From NCBI GenBank assembly GCA_020249045.1, contig JADCGK010000049.1, forward strand, positions 9,112 through 73,111: DNA of 64,000 bases. The letters are read 5' to 3'. Every line of letters starts with the position of its first letter. Position 1 is the stretch's first letter. Shown here one piece after another: positions 31,922 to 41,089 of this stretch. Under the pieces are notes generated by a model. That model was not told the origin of the DNA and ran no database searches. It saw nothing but the letters and a program-made list of their open reading frames with translations. Position numbers and translations under genes: made by a program. This DNA is from Azospirillum sp. (GTDB lineage Bacteria; Pseudomonadota; Alphaproteobacteria; CACIAM-22H2).

Positions 31922-32191
31922 TCAGCGGCGCAGCTCGAGGCGCTCGACGAGCGTCGAGTAGCGCTTCGCGTCCGTCTTCTTCAGGTAGTCGAGCAAGCGG
32001 CGACGCTGGCCGACCATCATCAGAAGACCGCGGCGGGAGTGGAAGTCCTTCTTGTGCGTGCCCAGGTGCTCGGTGAGCTCCTTGATGCGCTCGGAGAGCA
32101 GGGCGACTTGCACTTCGGGAGAACCCGTATCGCCCTTCTTGACCGCGAATTGGGCGACGATTTCGCTTTTGCGAGCGGGATCCAGCGACAT
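31922..32191 (-). CDS. rpsO: 30S ribosomal protein S15
   Basis: 89 aa, with the conserved [17 protein letters not shown]...[16 protein letters not shown] sequence. Confidence 0.95.
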   Translation of the reverse strand: MSLDPARKSEIVAQFAVKKGDTGSPEVQVALLSERIKELTEHLGTHKKDFHSRRGLLMMVGQRRRLLDYLKKTDAKRYSTLVERLELRR

Positions 32192-32209
32192 CGGTCTATC
32201 CTTTCGACC

Positions 32210-33118
32210 CTAGAGGTTGAACACGCGCATCGGACGGATCGTTTGTCCGTCGCTCGCGACCAACGCGATCAGCCGCCCTTCGTGGAAGGCGGCCATCGGA
32301 TCGGCGGGGGCGCGATCGATGCGGGGGTCTCGCAAGGCCTGGCCTCGTTTGAGAGCCAGGGCCTGTTCCTCGGTCACGGCCAGCGCCGGGATGTCGTCCA
32401 GCGCGGTCTCGACCGGGGCGAGGGCCCCAAAGCGGGCCGGACTATGCCCAAACCCCTCCAGTGTTTCCAGGGAAATTGCCGATTCGGCCGTGAATTTTCC
32501 CACCCGCGTTCGGCGTAATTCCACCACATGGCCGACGGTATCCAATAACCGCGCCAGGTCCCGGGCAAGGCTGCGGACATAGGTCCCCTTGCCGCAGACG
32601 ACCCGCAGGCGGGCGGTGTCCCGATCCGGCGAGTCTAGAAATTCCAATTTATAGATCAATACTTTACGTGCTTCGAGGGTGACTTCCTCGCCAGCCCGCG
32701 CAAGGTCGTAGGCGCGTTCGCCCGCGACCTTGATCGCCGAGAAGACCGGCGGAATCTGTTCGATTTCCCCCTCGAACCGGGTGAGAACCGCCCGGATCGC
32801 GGGCTCGGCCGGCCGGTGGGGGGAGGTTGCGGTCACCTTGCCTTCGGTGTCGTCGGTCGTCGTGGCCGTGCCCCAGCGCACGGCGAATTCGTAGGTCTTG
32901 GCGCCGTCCATCGCGAACGGGATCAGCTTCGTCGCTTCGCCCAAGGCGATCGGCAGGACCCCGGATGCCAAGGGGTCGAGCGTGCCGCCATGTCCGGCTT
33001 TGGCCGCTTCGAAAACGCGGCGCACGCGGCCCAGGGCCTGGGTGGAACTCGGGCCCACCGGCTTGTCGAGGACCACCCAGCCGTCGACTTTGTGTTTGGG
33101 GCGCTTTTCGCGCGTCAC
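32210..33118 (-). CDS. truB: tRNA pseudouridine(55) synthase
   Basis: GWVVLDKPVGPSS...HGGTLDPLASGVLPIALGEATK (catalytic Asp motif). GTG start at 33118 overlaps the rbfA stop. An upstream ATG at 33253 would add 45 non-conserved residues. Confidence 0.85.
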   Translation of the reverse strand: MTREKRPKHKVDGWVVLDKPVGPSSTQALGRVRRVFEAAKAGHGGTLDPLASGVLPIALGEATKLIPFAMDGAKTYEFAVRWGTATTTDDTEGKVTATSPHRPAEPAIRAVLTRFEGEIEQIPPVFSAIKVAGERAYDLARAGEEVTLEARKVLIYKLEFLDSPDRDTARLRVVCGKGTYVRSLARDLARLLDTVGHVVELRRTRVGKFTAESAISLETLEGFGHSPARFGALAPVETALDDIPALAVTEEQALALKRGQALRDPRIDRAPADPMAAFHEGRLIALVASDGQTIRPMRVFNL

Positions 33119-33552
33119 TTCTTCTTGCGCGCGCGTTTGGGTTTTTCGGGTTCGGGCGGGACGATGTCGGCGGCGACGCGAGGGCTCCGGAACGCCGCCT
33201 CCATGCGGCTGGCGTAATCGAACGAGGTGTCCTTTTGGAAATGCAGTTCGCAAGCTTGGCGCAAATCGACGCGCCGCTGCACTTCGCCCTTCAGGAAGGC
33301 GCGCGCCCGGCCCAGTGCCGCGATGGTCTTCTCGGACTCGATCCCACCCAGCGTGGTGACGAAGACGCTCGCATGTTTGAGGTCGGGCGAGGCGCGCACC
33401 TCCGACACGGTGATCGACGCGTCCTGCAGATCGGGGTCGCGGAAATGCGCCTCCTGCAGCACCTCGACCAGCGCGCGGCGGATCGCCTCGCCCACGCGCA
33501 GCTGGCGTTGGGACGGGCCTTCGCGATCGGTTTCGCGGAATCGGTTGCTCAT
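33115..33552 (-). CDS. rbfA: Ribosome-binding factor A
   Basis: SQRQLRVGEAIRRALVEVL...KH fold. 145 aa. Confidence 0.85.
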   Translation of the reverse strand: MSNRFRETDREGPSQRQLRVGEAIRRALVEVLQEAHFRDPDLQDASITVSEVRASPDLKHASVFVTTLGGIESEKTIAALGRARAFLKGEVQRRVDLRQACELHFQKDTSFDYASRMEAAFRSPRVAADIVPPEPEKPKRARKKK

Positions 33553-33661
33553 GGCAGGCGTTTTACGCGCATTCGACCATGTGCGCCAAGGGGATCGGCA
33601 TTGACCCCATCTACGCGGGGCAGTAGCTTTTCTACGGTTGTTCGCTTGTGGGGGATATGCA

Positions 33662-34990
33662 ATGCGGATTAACTCTTCGATTTGTTCGCTTGTCATTGCA
33701 ACCGTGATCGCAACTGCCGGCGCGCCCGCCGCGTCCGCGCAGTCGCTGCACCGGCAGCCGATCGGCACCGAAGTCGAGGGCAAGGCGCGGATCGGCCGAT
33801 ACGAAGTTCCCCTGCCGCCCGGCCGTTGGACTCTTATCGCGGCCCACGAAACCATTTCACGCCCGATCGACGGATCGTCCGGCCGCGCGACCGGTCATGC
33901 GATACTCGCGCGGATCGAGGGCAATCGTTTGGTCGGGTACATCTCCGCGCTGGGCCCGATGACGCCCAACAACGTCCATCGTCTCTGGGACATGGAATGC
34001 CGCCGGACGGACCTTTATTTCGTCGAATCCGATCCCAACAACAATCCGCAGATTCAGACCTGTTTTTCTGTCTATCATATGACGCGGACATGGACGGCCG
34101 CCCCGAACTTGGGTCCGCTGCACACGGCGGCGTACGAATGGCTGAACGCGAGGCCGGAAATCCGCAAGCCTTCGACCATGATTGTGTCCCGCCATAGCAA
34201 TGCGCGGAACTCGGACTACGTTCAGGTCGAATACAACTTCTCGCCGGAGAGCTACGGCTTTGCGCCCTCGCGCGATCGTAGCTGGGCGGGGAACGATTGG
34301 CACCGCGACAAGCTCAAACACGACCCCACACGCGACGCCTTCGCGCAAGCCGTCCTCGCCTGGGCCAAGACGACGCAAAAACAGGTGCTCGATGGCTTGA
34401 TCCATCGCTCGACGACGGCGGGCGCCGCCTTGGGGTTCTCCCCCGCCGCGCCCGAAGCGCCATCGACACAGGCCGCCGCCCGTCCTTTGCCGGCGGGGCA
34501 TGTGATGCCGGCCGTCGGCACGCGCTTCGTCTCCGCCGGCGGTCACTTCGATGTCGTGCGCGTCGAAGGAATGACGATCACGACCGTGAACGCCGCGAAC
34601 GCCAGCACGATGTGGCAGGTCGGCGGTCTGCTGCCGTTGAACGCATCCTCGCGTTTCGATCGGGCGATCGGGGAAAGCATTTTCCCTCTCGCGCTGGAAA
34701 AGAAGGTGTCGTTCGAACAGCGCGCCGCCGAAGGCACCGACGCATGGCGGCAAACGCTGGAGGTCGTGCGCAACGAAGACCTGACCGTGGACGGTCGTAC
34801 CTATCGGACCTTCGTTCTCGAAGGGCGAACCGAGGCCATCGGTCCGGGCATGGCGGAGTTCGTGCGCAAGCGCACGCTTTGGTATTCGCCGGAGCTTGGC
34901 TGGCTCATTCGTTTCCGCGAAGAGCAGCTGGCTGGTCCGCCGCAACGCATGAACAGCTGGGAGGTCGTTCGGGTCGTCAGGCCGCAATAG
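33662..34990 (+). CDS. Secreted hypothetical protein (signal peptide, no recognisable domain)
   Basis: MRINSSICSLVIATVIATAGAPAASAQS signal peptide. A 442-aa ORF with clearly lower GC (about 60%) than its neighbours. No motif I can assign. Confidence 0.6.
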   Translation: MRINSSICSLVIATVIATAGAPAASAQSLHRQPIGTEVEGKARIGRYEVPLPPGRWTLIAAHETISRPIDGSSGRATGHAILARIEGNRLVGYISALGPMTPNNVHRLWDMECRRTDLYFVESDPNNNPQIQTCFSVYHMTRTWTAAPNLGPLHTAAYEWLNARPEIRKPSTMIVSRHSNARNSDYVQVEYNFSPESYGFAPSRDRSWAGNDWHRDKLKHDPTRDAFAQAVLAWAKTTQKQVLDGLIHRSTTAGAALGFSPAAPEAPSTQAAARPLPAGHVMPAVGTRFVSAGGHFDVVRVEGMTITTVNAANASTMWQVGGLLPLNASSRFDRAIGESIFPLALEKKVSFEQRAAEGTDAWRQTLEVVRNEDLTVDGRTYRTFVLEGRTEAIGPGMAEFVRKRTLWYSPELGWLIRFREEQLAGPPQRMNSWEVVRVVRPQ

Positions 34991-34993
34991 CCG

Positions 34994-35974
34994 TTATTTG
35001 CGGACATCCACGACCACGCGGCCTTGGACCTGGCCCGCGACGATGGCTTCGGCGAGCGCGGGCAACTCGGCCAAGCCCACGGTCTTGACGCCGCCCGCGG
35101 GCAAACCGTCGGGCAGCAGGGCCGCGAGTTTGCGCCACGCCGTTTCGCGTTCGGCGATGGGGCTGCGGACCGAATCGATGCCGAGCAATTTCACGCCGCG
35201 CAGGATGAACGGCATCACGGTGGTGGGCAGGTCGTGCCCGCCCGCAAGCCCGCAGGCGGCCACGGGGCCGCGCGAGACGGTCGAGGCGATGGCGTTGGCG
35301 AGCGTGACGCCCCCGACGCTGTCCACGACGCCGCCCCATCGTTCGGATTCGAGCGGTTTGGGGGGCTTGGCGAGGTCGGCGCGATCGATCACCGCCTTCG
35401 CCCCCAGCGCCTTGAGATAGGGTTCGAGCGCGCGTCGGCCGGTCGCCGCCGTCACCGCGTAGCCAAGCTTCGCGAGAAGCGCGACGGCCACCGATCCGAC
35501 GCCGCCCGCCGCGCCGGTGACCAGAACTTCGCGGTCCTTCTTGAGCCCCGCCGCTTCGAGCGCCGAGACGCACAGCATCGCCGTGAACCCGGCCGTGCCC
35601 ATCGTCATCGCCCACGCTTCGTCGGTCCCCGGCGGCAGTTTGACGAGCCACTCGGCCTTGGCGCGGGCTTTTTCCGCCATGCCGCCCCAATGCGATTCGC
35701 CCACGCCCCAGCCGGTCAGGATCACCTTGTCGCCCGGTTTGAAGCGGTCGTCGGCGGAGGTTTCGACCGTGCCCGTCCAATCGACGCCCGGCACCATCGG
35801 AAAGGCGCGCACGATCTTGCCTTTGTCGGCGATGGCAAGACCGTCCTTGTAGTTCAGCGTCGAATAGGCGACGCGCGCGGTCACGGCGAAATCGGGCAAC
35901 GCCGCCTCGTCGAGGGACTTCACCGTGGCGACGACCTTGCCGTCGATCTTGTCGAGCACGAGCGCGCGGAACAT
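34994..35974 (-). CDS. acuI: MDR-family NADPH-dependent oxidoreductase, YhdH/AcuI-like (acrylyl-CoA reductase family)
   Basis: MFRALVL...VDWTG (catalytic-domain GroES-like fold) and the Rossmann motif VLVTGAAGGVGSVAV. 326 aa. Confidence 0.8.
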   Translation of the reverse strand: MFRALVLDKIDGKVVATVKSLDEAALPDFAVTARVAYSTLNYKDGLAIADKGKIVRAFPMVPGVDWTGTVETSADDRFKPGDKVILTGWGVGESHWGGMAEKARAKAEWLVKLPPGTDEAWAMTMGTAGFTAMLCVSALEAAGLKKDREVLVTGAAGGVGSVAVALLAKLGYAVTAATGRRALEPYLKALGAKAVIDRADLAKPPKPLESERWGGVVDSVGGVTLANAIASTVSRGPVAACGLAGGHDLPTTVMPFILRGVKLLGIDSVRSPIAERETAWRKLAALLPDGLPAGGVKTVGLAELPALAEAIVAGQVQGRVVVDVRK

Positions 35975-36065
35975 GCCGGGCCACCTTTCGTCCGAAAACC
36001 GTCCCTCTAGAAACCCGGGGACGGCGCTTGCGTCAAGCGGCGCGCGCGTCGCATGGTGCGGGCGC

Positions 36066-36983
36066 ATGGCACGCAAAGCGGCGTTGTTCGCTCTCAAGGC
36101 GGGGGTCTCGATCGCGTTGATCACGTGGCTGGCCACGCGCGTCGATCCGGCGCCCGCCCTTGCGGCCTTCGCGCGGCTCGATGCGGGCTGGACCGCGCTT
36201 GCCCTCGCGATCCTCGGGGCACAATTGATCCTGGCGGGCCTGCGGTGGGCGTGGATCCACGAAACGCTCGCCCAGCGTTTGGCCCCGCGCGACGCCGTCG
36301 CGCTCGCGTTCGTCGGCCAGTTCTTCAACCAAACGCTGCCCTCGGCGATCGGGGGCGACGCGGTGCGTGCCGTTCTCGCGGTGCGCTTGGGCTTGACGGC
36401 GGGTCAGGCGACCGCCGGCGTCGTGCTCGATCGCGGTCTTGCGCTCGTGGTGCTCGTGGGATTGATGGCGGCGGGTGCCCCGCTGCTCGCCGCCCAAACC
36501 GGCGCCGCGCACGAGGCCGCTTGGCTCGCCGGGTTCGCGTGCGCGGGACTTGCGGTGGTGGCGGCCGGGCTCGGGCTGGCCGCGCGGCTGCGCCGGTTCG
36601 TGCCGTCGATCCGGCCGCTCGATTGGGCGTTCGGGCTTGCGGCGGACATGCGCGCGATCCTTGTCCGGCCGCGCTTGCTCGTTGCGTCGCTCGCCGTGCA
36701 TGTGGGCGTGATCGCCGCGGTCTGGGCGCTTGCGCGCGCGCTCGACGTCCCCGCCGGGTTCGCGCTGTGCGCCGCCGTGGTGCCGGCGATCGTGTTGATG
36801 ACGACGTTGCCGATTTCGCTCGCCGGATGGGGCGTGCGCGAAGGGGCGGCCATTTACGCGTTCGGTCTTGCGGGCGTGGATGCCGGCGACGCGCTGGCCC
36901 TGTCGATCGCCTTCGGTCTCGCGCAGATCGCCATCGGCGCGCCGGGGCTCGCGTTGTGGCTCAAGGGAAGGTCGGGCGGTTAG
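36066..36983 (+). CDS. Flippase-like membrane protein (LPG_synthase_TM / UPF0104 family)
   Basis: A polytopic membrane protein of about 8 TM segments, with FNQTLPSAIGGDAVRA and LPISLAGWGVREG motifs typical of the MprF-type flippase domain. Confidence 0.65.
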   Translation: MARKAALFALKAGVSIALITWLATRVDPAPALAAFARLDAGWTALALAILGAQLILAGLRWAWIHETLAQRLAPRDAVALAFVGQFFNQTLPSAIGGDAVRAVLAVRLGLTAGQATAGVVLDRGLALVVLVGLMAAGAPLLAAQTGAAHEAAWLAGFACAGLAVVAAGLGLAARLRRFVPSIRPLDWAFGLAADMRAILVRPRLLVASLAVHVGVIAAVWALARALDVPAGFALCAAVVPAIVLMTTLPISLAGWGVREGAAIYAFGLAGVDAGDALALSIAFGLAQIAIGAPGLALWLKGRSGG

Positions 36984-36984
36984 G

Positions 36985-38244
36985 TTAAACCGCTGCCGTT
37001 TTCGCGGAACCGCGCGTTGCCTTCGTGCCCGACCGGCCGTCGGCCGGCAGCCAGCGGCGCACCAACCGCTCGACGTTCTCGAGCCCGTCGAGCAGACCCG
37101 GGATGACCGACGCCGAGGGCGGTTGCTGACCGTCGAGCGCCTGCAATGCGGCGACCATGGCGCCGGTCGCGCGGATGCCGTCGTCGGGCAGCATGCGCGT
37201 GAGGCCCAGCGCTTGCGCGCGCTCGGCGCGGATCGATTGCTCCAGCCGGGGCGCGATGCGGGGCACGATCACCGCGGGCTTGTCGAAGGACAGGATCTCG
37301 CAAAACGTGTTGTAACCGCCCATCGCCACGACGCCCGCGGCGCGCACAATCAATTGTTCCATATGCGCGTCGAAGGTGATCGCTTCGACGCGCCGGCCCA
37401 AGCGCTGCACGCGCTGCTGGAATTCGGCTTGGCGTTCGGACTGCATGAAGGGTCCGAGCACCAGCAGCGCGCGGTGCGGCAGTTTCTCGCCCGACTCGTA
37501 GGCGCGCAAAACCCAATCGATCAGCGCTTCGCCGTCGCCCCCGCCGCCCGGCGTGACGAGCACATAGGGCCGCTCGCGTTCGCGCGCGCGGTCGACGATC
37601 GCGCGCGGCGCCGCCAGCGGAATCGAGCGGCGCAGATAGCCCGTGTAGCTCATCTTCGCGCGCACTTCGGGCGGAATGACGAGACCTTCGAGCGGATCGC
37701 ACATCTGCGGCAATCCGTAGACCCAGATGTCGTCGTACAGGTCGCGCAACGCCGGGACGGCCTTCTTGCGTTTCCATTCGGGTTCGAGCAGCGCCGGATC
37801 GTCCATCACGTCGCGCAAGCCCAACACCAGGGGCACGCCTTGCGCCTTCAAGTCGCGCAGCGTGTCGGCGACCTCGCCGCGCAGGCCCAGAGGCTCTTTG
37901 TCGACGATGAAAAGATCGGGTGCGAACGCCGCCGCCGTGTGGCGGATGATCGAGGCGCGGATGGCCAGGGTCTGGCAGAAATCGATATGCAGATTGAGCG
38001 ACGTGTATTCGCCGTTGCGCAGCTTGACGACCCCCGGCACGCGCACGAAATCCACGCGCGCCTTGAAGTCGAACGAACCGATGATCGGCGATCCCGACAG
38101 GATCAGCACCGACAGATCCTTGTCGGCCTCGACCAGCGCGTGCGCGATCGTACGGCAACGGCGCAGATGCCCGAGACCCATCGTGTCGTGGCTATAGATC
38201 AAGACCCGACGGTCGGCGCCGGCGCGCTTGCTCGGATTTGCCAT
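36985..38244 (-). CDS. Predicted glycosyltransferase, MurG/GT28-like (COG4671-type), paralog of 11022-12110
   Basis: RVLIYSHDTMGLGHLRRCRTIAHAL Gly-rich N-terminus and the GT-B C-terminal domain (GGYNTFCE). 419 aa. Ends 1 nt from the convergent flippase-like gene. Confidence 0.6.
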   Translation of the reverse strand: MANPSKRAGADRRVLIYSHDTMGLGHLRRCRTIAHALVEADKDLSVLILSGSPIIGSFDFKARVDFVRVPGVVKLRNGEYTSLNLHIDFCQTLAIRASIIRHTAAAFAPDLFIVDKEPLGLRGEVADTLRDLKAQGVPLVLGLRDVMDDPALLEPEWKRKKAVPALRDLYDDIWVYGLPQMCDPLEGLVIPPEVRAKMSYTGYLRRSIPLAAPRAIVDRARERERPYVLVTPGGGGDGEALIDWVLRAYESGEKLPHRALLVLGPFMQSERQAEFQQRVQRLGRRVEAITFDAHMEQLIVRAAGVVAMGGYNTFCEILSFDKPAVIVPRIAPRLEQSIRAERAQALGLTRMLPDDGIRATGAMVAALQALDGQQPPSASVIPGLLDGLENVERLVRRWLPADGRSGTKATRGSAKTAAV

Positions 38245-38375
38245 GATCGTCCCCCCGGGCGCCCGACCGCCCTTTCCGGAGTTCGAGAGTAAGGCGACTC
38301 AGGTTACGAATCCAAGCGCGGCGGCGCGATTTGGGAATGCCCCCGTTGCGCGCGCGGGGTACGCGCCGCTAAGTT

Positions 38376-41078
38376 ATGGACTTCCTGGGGGGATTTCTAA
38401 TCTTGCGCGACGGCGGCGAACTCGACCGGTCGATATTCCGGTTCGTCTGGCGGTTCTCGGTCAAGGAGACGGTGCTCGTCTGCCTGTTGGTCGCGGTCGC
38501 GCAGGTTTTCTATTACGTCACGCTGAACCTGCCGAAGAACATCATGAACCAGGGCATCGAGGGCCGCGGGATGAGCTATCCCACGGAGGTCCTCGGGCTC
38601 TTCCAGTTCGACCAGATCGGCTATTTGCTCTGGCTGTGCGGGTTGTTCTTTCTGGCCGTGCTGGTCAATGGCGGGCTCAAGCAATACATCAACTCGCTGA
38701 AGGGCAAGCTCGGCGAACGGCTGCTGCGCCGTCTGCGCTACGCGCTCGTCGAGCGCATCCTGCGCTTTCCGGTTCCGCATTTCCGCAAGGTGTCGTCGGG
38801 CGAATTGATCCCGATGGTGACCGCCGAGGTCGAGCAGGTCGGCGGCTTCATGGGCGACGCCTACGTCCATCCGCTGATGCAAGCGGCGATGCTGCTGACG
38901 ATCGCCACGTTCCTTTTCGTGCAGAACCCGATCATGGGTCTCGCGGCGATCTCGCTTTATCCGTTCCAGGCCTACATCGTGCCCAAGCTGCAAAAGCGCG
39001 TGAAGGCGCTGGGCAAGGAACGGATCAAAGCGGTGCGCAAAGTGTCCGAGCGCATCGGCGAAACGGTCGGCGGCATCCAGGAAGTGCGCACCGCCGGTAC
39101 GGCGGCGTGGGAACGCGCGGACTACGCCGAACGTTTCGGGACGATCTTCCGCATCCGCTTCGACATCTATCAGCGCAAGTCGCTGGTCAAGTTCATCAAC
39201 AACTTCCTGAATCAGTGCGCGCCGCTGCTGTTCTATTCCATCGGGGGCTATCTCGTGATCCGGGGCGAGTTGACGCTGGGCGCCCTGGTGGCCGCACTCA
39301 CCGCGCACAAGGACATGACGGCACCCTGGAAGGAATTGCTCGACTACTATCAGGCGGCCCAGGACGCGCAGCAGAAATACGAGCAGGTCGTCGAACAATT
39401 CCGTCCGGAAGCGATGCTGCCCGCGGCGCTTCAGGATCTGCCCGCGGAGCCGGCCCCGGGCCTGTCGGGCCCGATCGTGCTGTCGGGCGTCGGCGTGCAG
39501 GAGGACGCGCAGACCAAGCTGCTCGAATCGATCAGCCTGACGATCGATCCGGGCGCCCGGGTCGCGCTTGCGGGGCCCGCGGGCGGCGGACGCGAGGCGC
39601 TCGCCATGGCGCTCGCGCGGCTGCACATCGTCTCCGGCGGTTCGATCAAGATCGGCGGGCGCGATCTGGCGCGCCTGCCCGATGCGCATATCGGCGCCTC
39701 GCTCGGTTATGTCGGGCCGGCGGCCTATCATTTCTCGGCGAGCGTGCGCGAGAACCTCGTCTACGGATTGCGTCAACGCCCCGTCGTGGCACCGGATGCG
39801 CGCGATCCCGCGCGCGCGCGGTGGCTCGCCGAGGCCGCACGCGCGGGCAATCTCGATCTCGACGTCAACGACGAGTGGATCGATTACGCGCGCGCGGGGG
39901 CGGCGGACGCCGCCGCCTTCGACGCGATCGCCGCACGATTGCTCGAGAAGGTCGATCTGGCCGAGGACGTGTTCGTCTTCGGACTGCGCGGGCGCATCGA
40001 TCCCAAATCGAAGCCGGCGGTGGCCGAGGCGATCCTCGCCGCGCGCGCCGCGTTCCGCCGGCGTCTGGCGGGTCCCGATGCCGACCCCGCGCTCAAAGGC
40101 CTCGTCGAGCCGTTCGATCCGGCGGCCTACAACGAAAACGCCACCGTCGCCGAAAACCTGTTGTTCGGCACGCCGCTCGATCCGGCCTTCGAAACCGACG
40201 CGCTGTCGGGCCAGCCGGACTTCCTGGCGGTCTTGCGCGCGCGCGGGCTCGAGGAGGTGTTCGTCGAAATGGGCCGCAAGGTCGCGGAGATCATGGTCGA
40301 GCTTTTCGCCGATCTTCCGGCGGGCCACGAGTTTTTCGAGCGGTTCAGCTTCATCGCCGCCGACGACCTGTCGGTCTATCAGGCGATCCTTGCGCGCACG
40401 GCCCCCGGGCCGGACGGCGCGCCATCGGCCGTCGTCGGCGAGGACCGCGCGCGGATGCTGGGGTTGCCGCTCAAACTCGTCAACGCGCGCCATCGTTTGG
40501 GATTGATCGACGCGGCCTTCAAGGCGCGCGTGCTCGAAGCGCGCGCGGCCTTCGCCGGCGCCAAGGCGACCCAGGGCAAGATCGCGTTCTTCGATCCGGA
40601 CGCCTACAACGCCGCCGCGTCGATCCAGGACAACATTCTGTTCGGCCGCGTCGCCTACGGCCAAGCCAAGGCGCAAGCCACCGTCGCCAAGGCGATGCGC
40701 GACCTGCTCGACACGATGGGCTTGCGCGAACGGATCTTCGAAGTGGGGCTCGAATTCCAGGTCGGCGTCGGCGGCGCGCGCCTGTCGCCCGCGCAGCGCC
40801 AGAAACTGGCGCTGGCCCGCGCGCTCGCCAAGCGGCCGGACGTGTTGGTGCTGAACGACGCCTTCGCGGCGATCGATCCGGCGGGCCAATGGCGCGCGCT
40901 CGAAGGCACGCTCGCCGCCGCGGGTTCCGCCACCGTGATCGCCTCGATGGGCGATTCGCGCATGGCGGAGAAATTCGCGCGGACGATCGTGCTGGCGGAC
41001 GGCCGCGTGGCGCAGGACGGCGACTTCGCCGGACTGGCGGCCGCGGACGGGCCGTTCAAGGAAACGCTGTCGGGCTGA
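38376..41078 (+). CDS. ABC type-I-exporter-like protein: 6-TM domain fused to an enlarged, catalytically degenerate nucleotide-binding-like domain
   Basis: Residues 1-345 form a typical ABC_membrane TMD. Residues 398-409 are Walker A-like, GPAGGGREAL (Lys/Ser replaced). The signature is LSPAQ instead of LSGGQ, at 40782-40796. Walker B is VLVLNDAF, with no catalytic Glu. There is no H-loop His. The Q-loop-like segment xxP.AY...S[VI].[ED]N[LI]L[FY]G occurs three times (aa 444-464, 577-598, 737-757). Confidence 0.7.
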   Translation: MDFLGGFLILRDGGELDRSIFRFVWRFSVKETVLVCLLVAVAQVFYYVTLNLPKNIMNQGIEGRGMSYPTEVLGLFQFDQIGYLLWLCGLFFLAVLVNGGLKQYINSLKGKLGERLLRRLRYALVERILRFPVPHFRKVSSGELIPMVTAEVEQVGGFMGDAYVHPLMQAAMLLTIATFLFVQNPIMGLAAISLYPFQAYIVPKLQKRVKALGKERIKAVRKVSERIGETVGGIQEVRTAGTAAWERADYAERFGTIFRIRFDIYQRKSLVKFINNFLNQCAPLLFYSIGGYLVIRGELTLGALVAALTAHKDMTAPWKELLDYYQAAQDAQQKYEQVVEQFRPEAMLPAALQDLPAEPAPGLSGPIVLSGVGVQEDAQTKLLESISLTIDPGARVALAGPAGGGREALAMALARLHIVSGGSIKIGGRDLARLPDAHIGASLGYVGPAAYHFSASVRENLVYGLRQRPVVAPDARDPARARWLAEAARAGNLDLDVNDEWIDYARAGAADAAAFDAIAARLLEKVDLAEDVFVFGLRGRIDPKSKPAVAEAILAARAAFRRRLAGPDADPALKGLVEPFDPAAYNENATVAENLLFGTPLDPAFETDALSGQPDFLAVLRARGLEEVFVEMGRKVAEIMVELFADLPAGHEFFERFSFIAADDLSVYQAILARTAPGPDGAPSAVVGEDRARMLGLPLKLVNARHRLGLIDAAFKARVLEARAAFAGAKATQGKIAFFDPDAYNAAASIQDNILFGRVAYGQAKAQATVAKAMRDLLDTMGLRERIFEVGLEFQVGVGGARLSPAQRQKLALARALAKRPDVLVLNDAFAAIDPAGQWRALEGTLAAAGSATVIASMGDSRMAEKFARTIVLADGRVAQDGDFAGLAAADGPFKETLSG

Positions 41079-41089
41079 GGAGAAACGCG

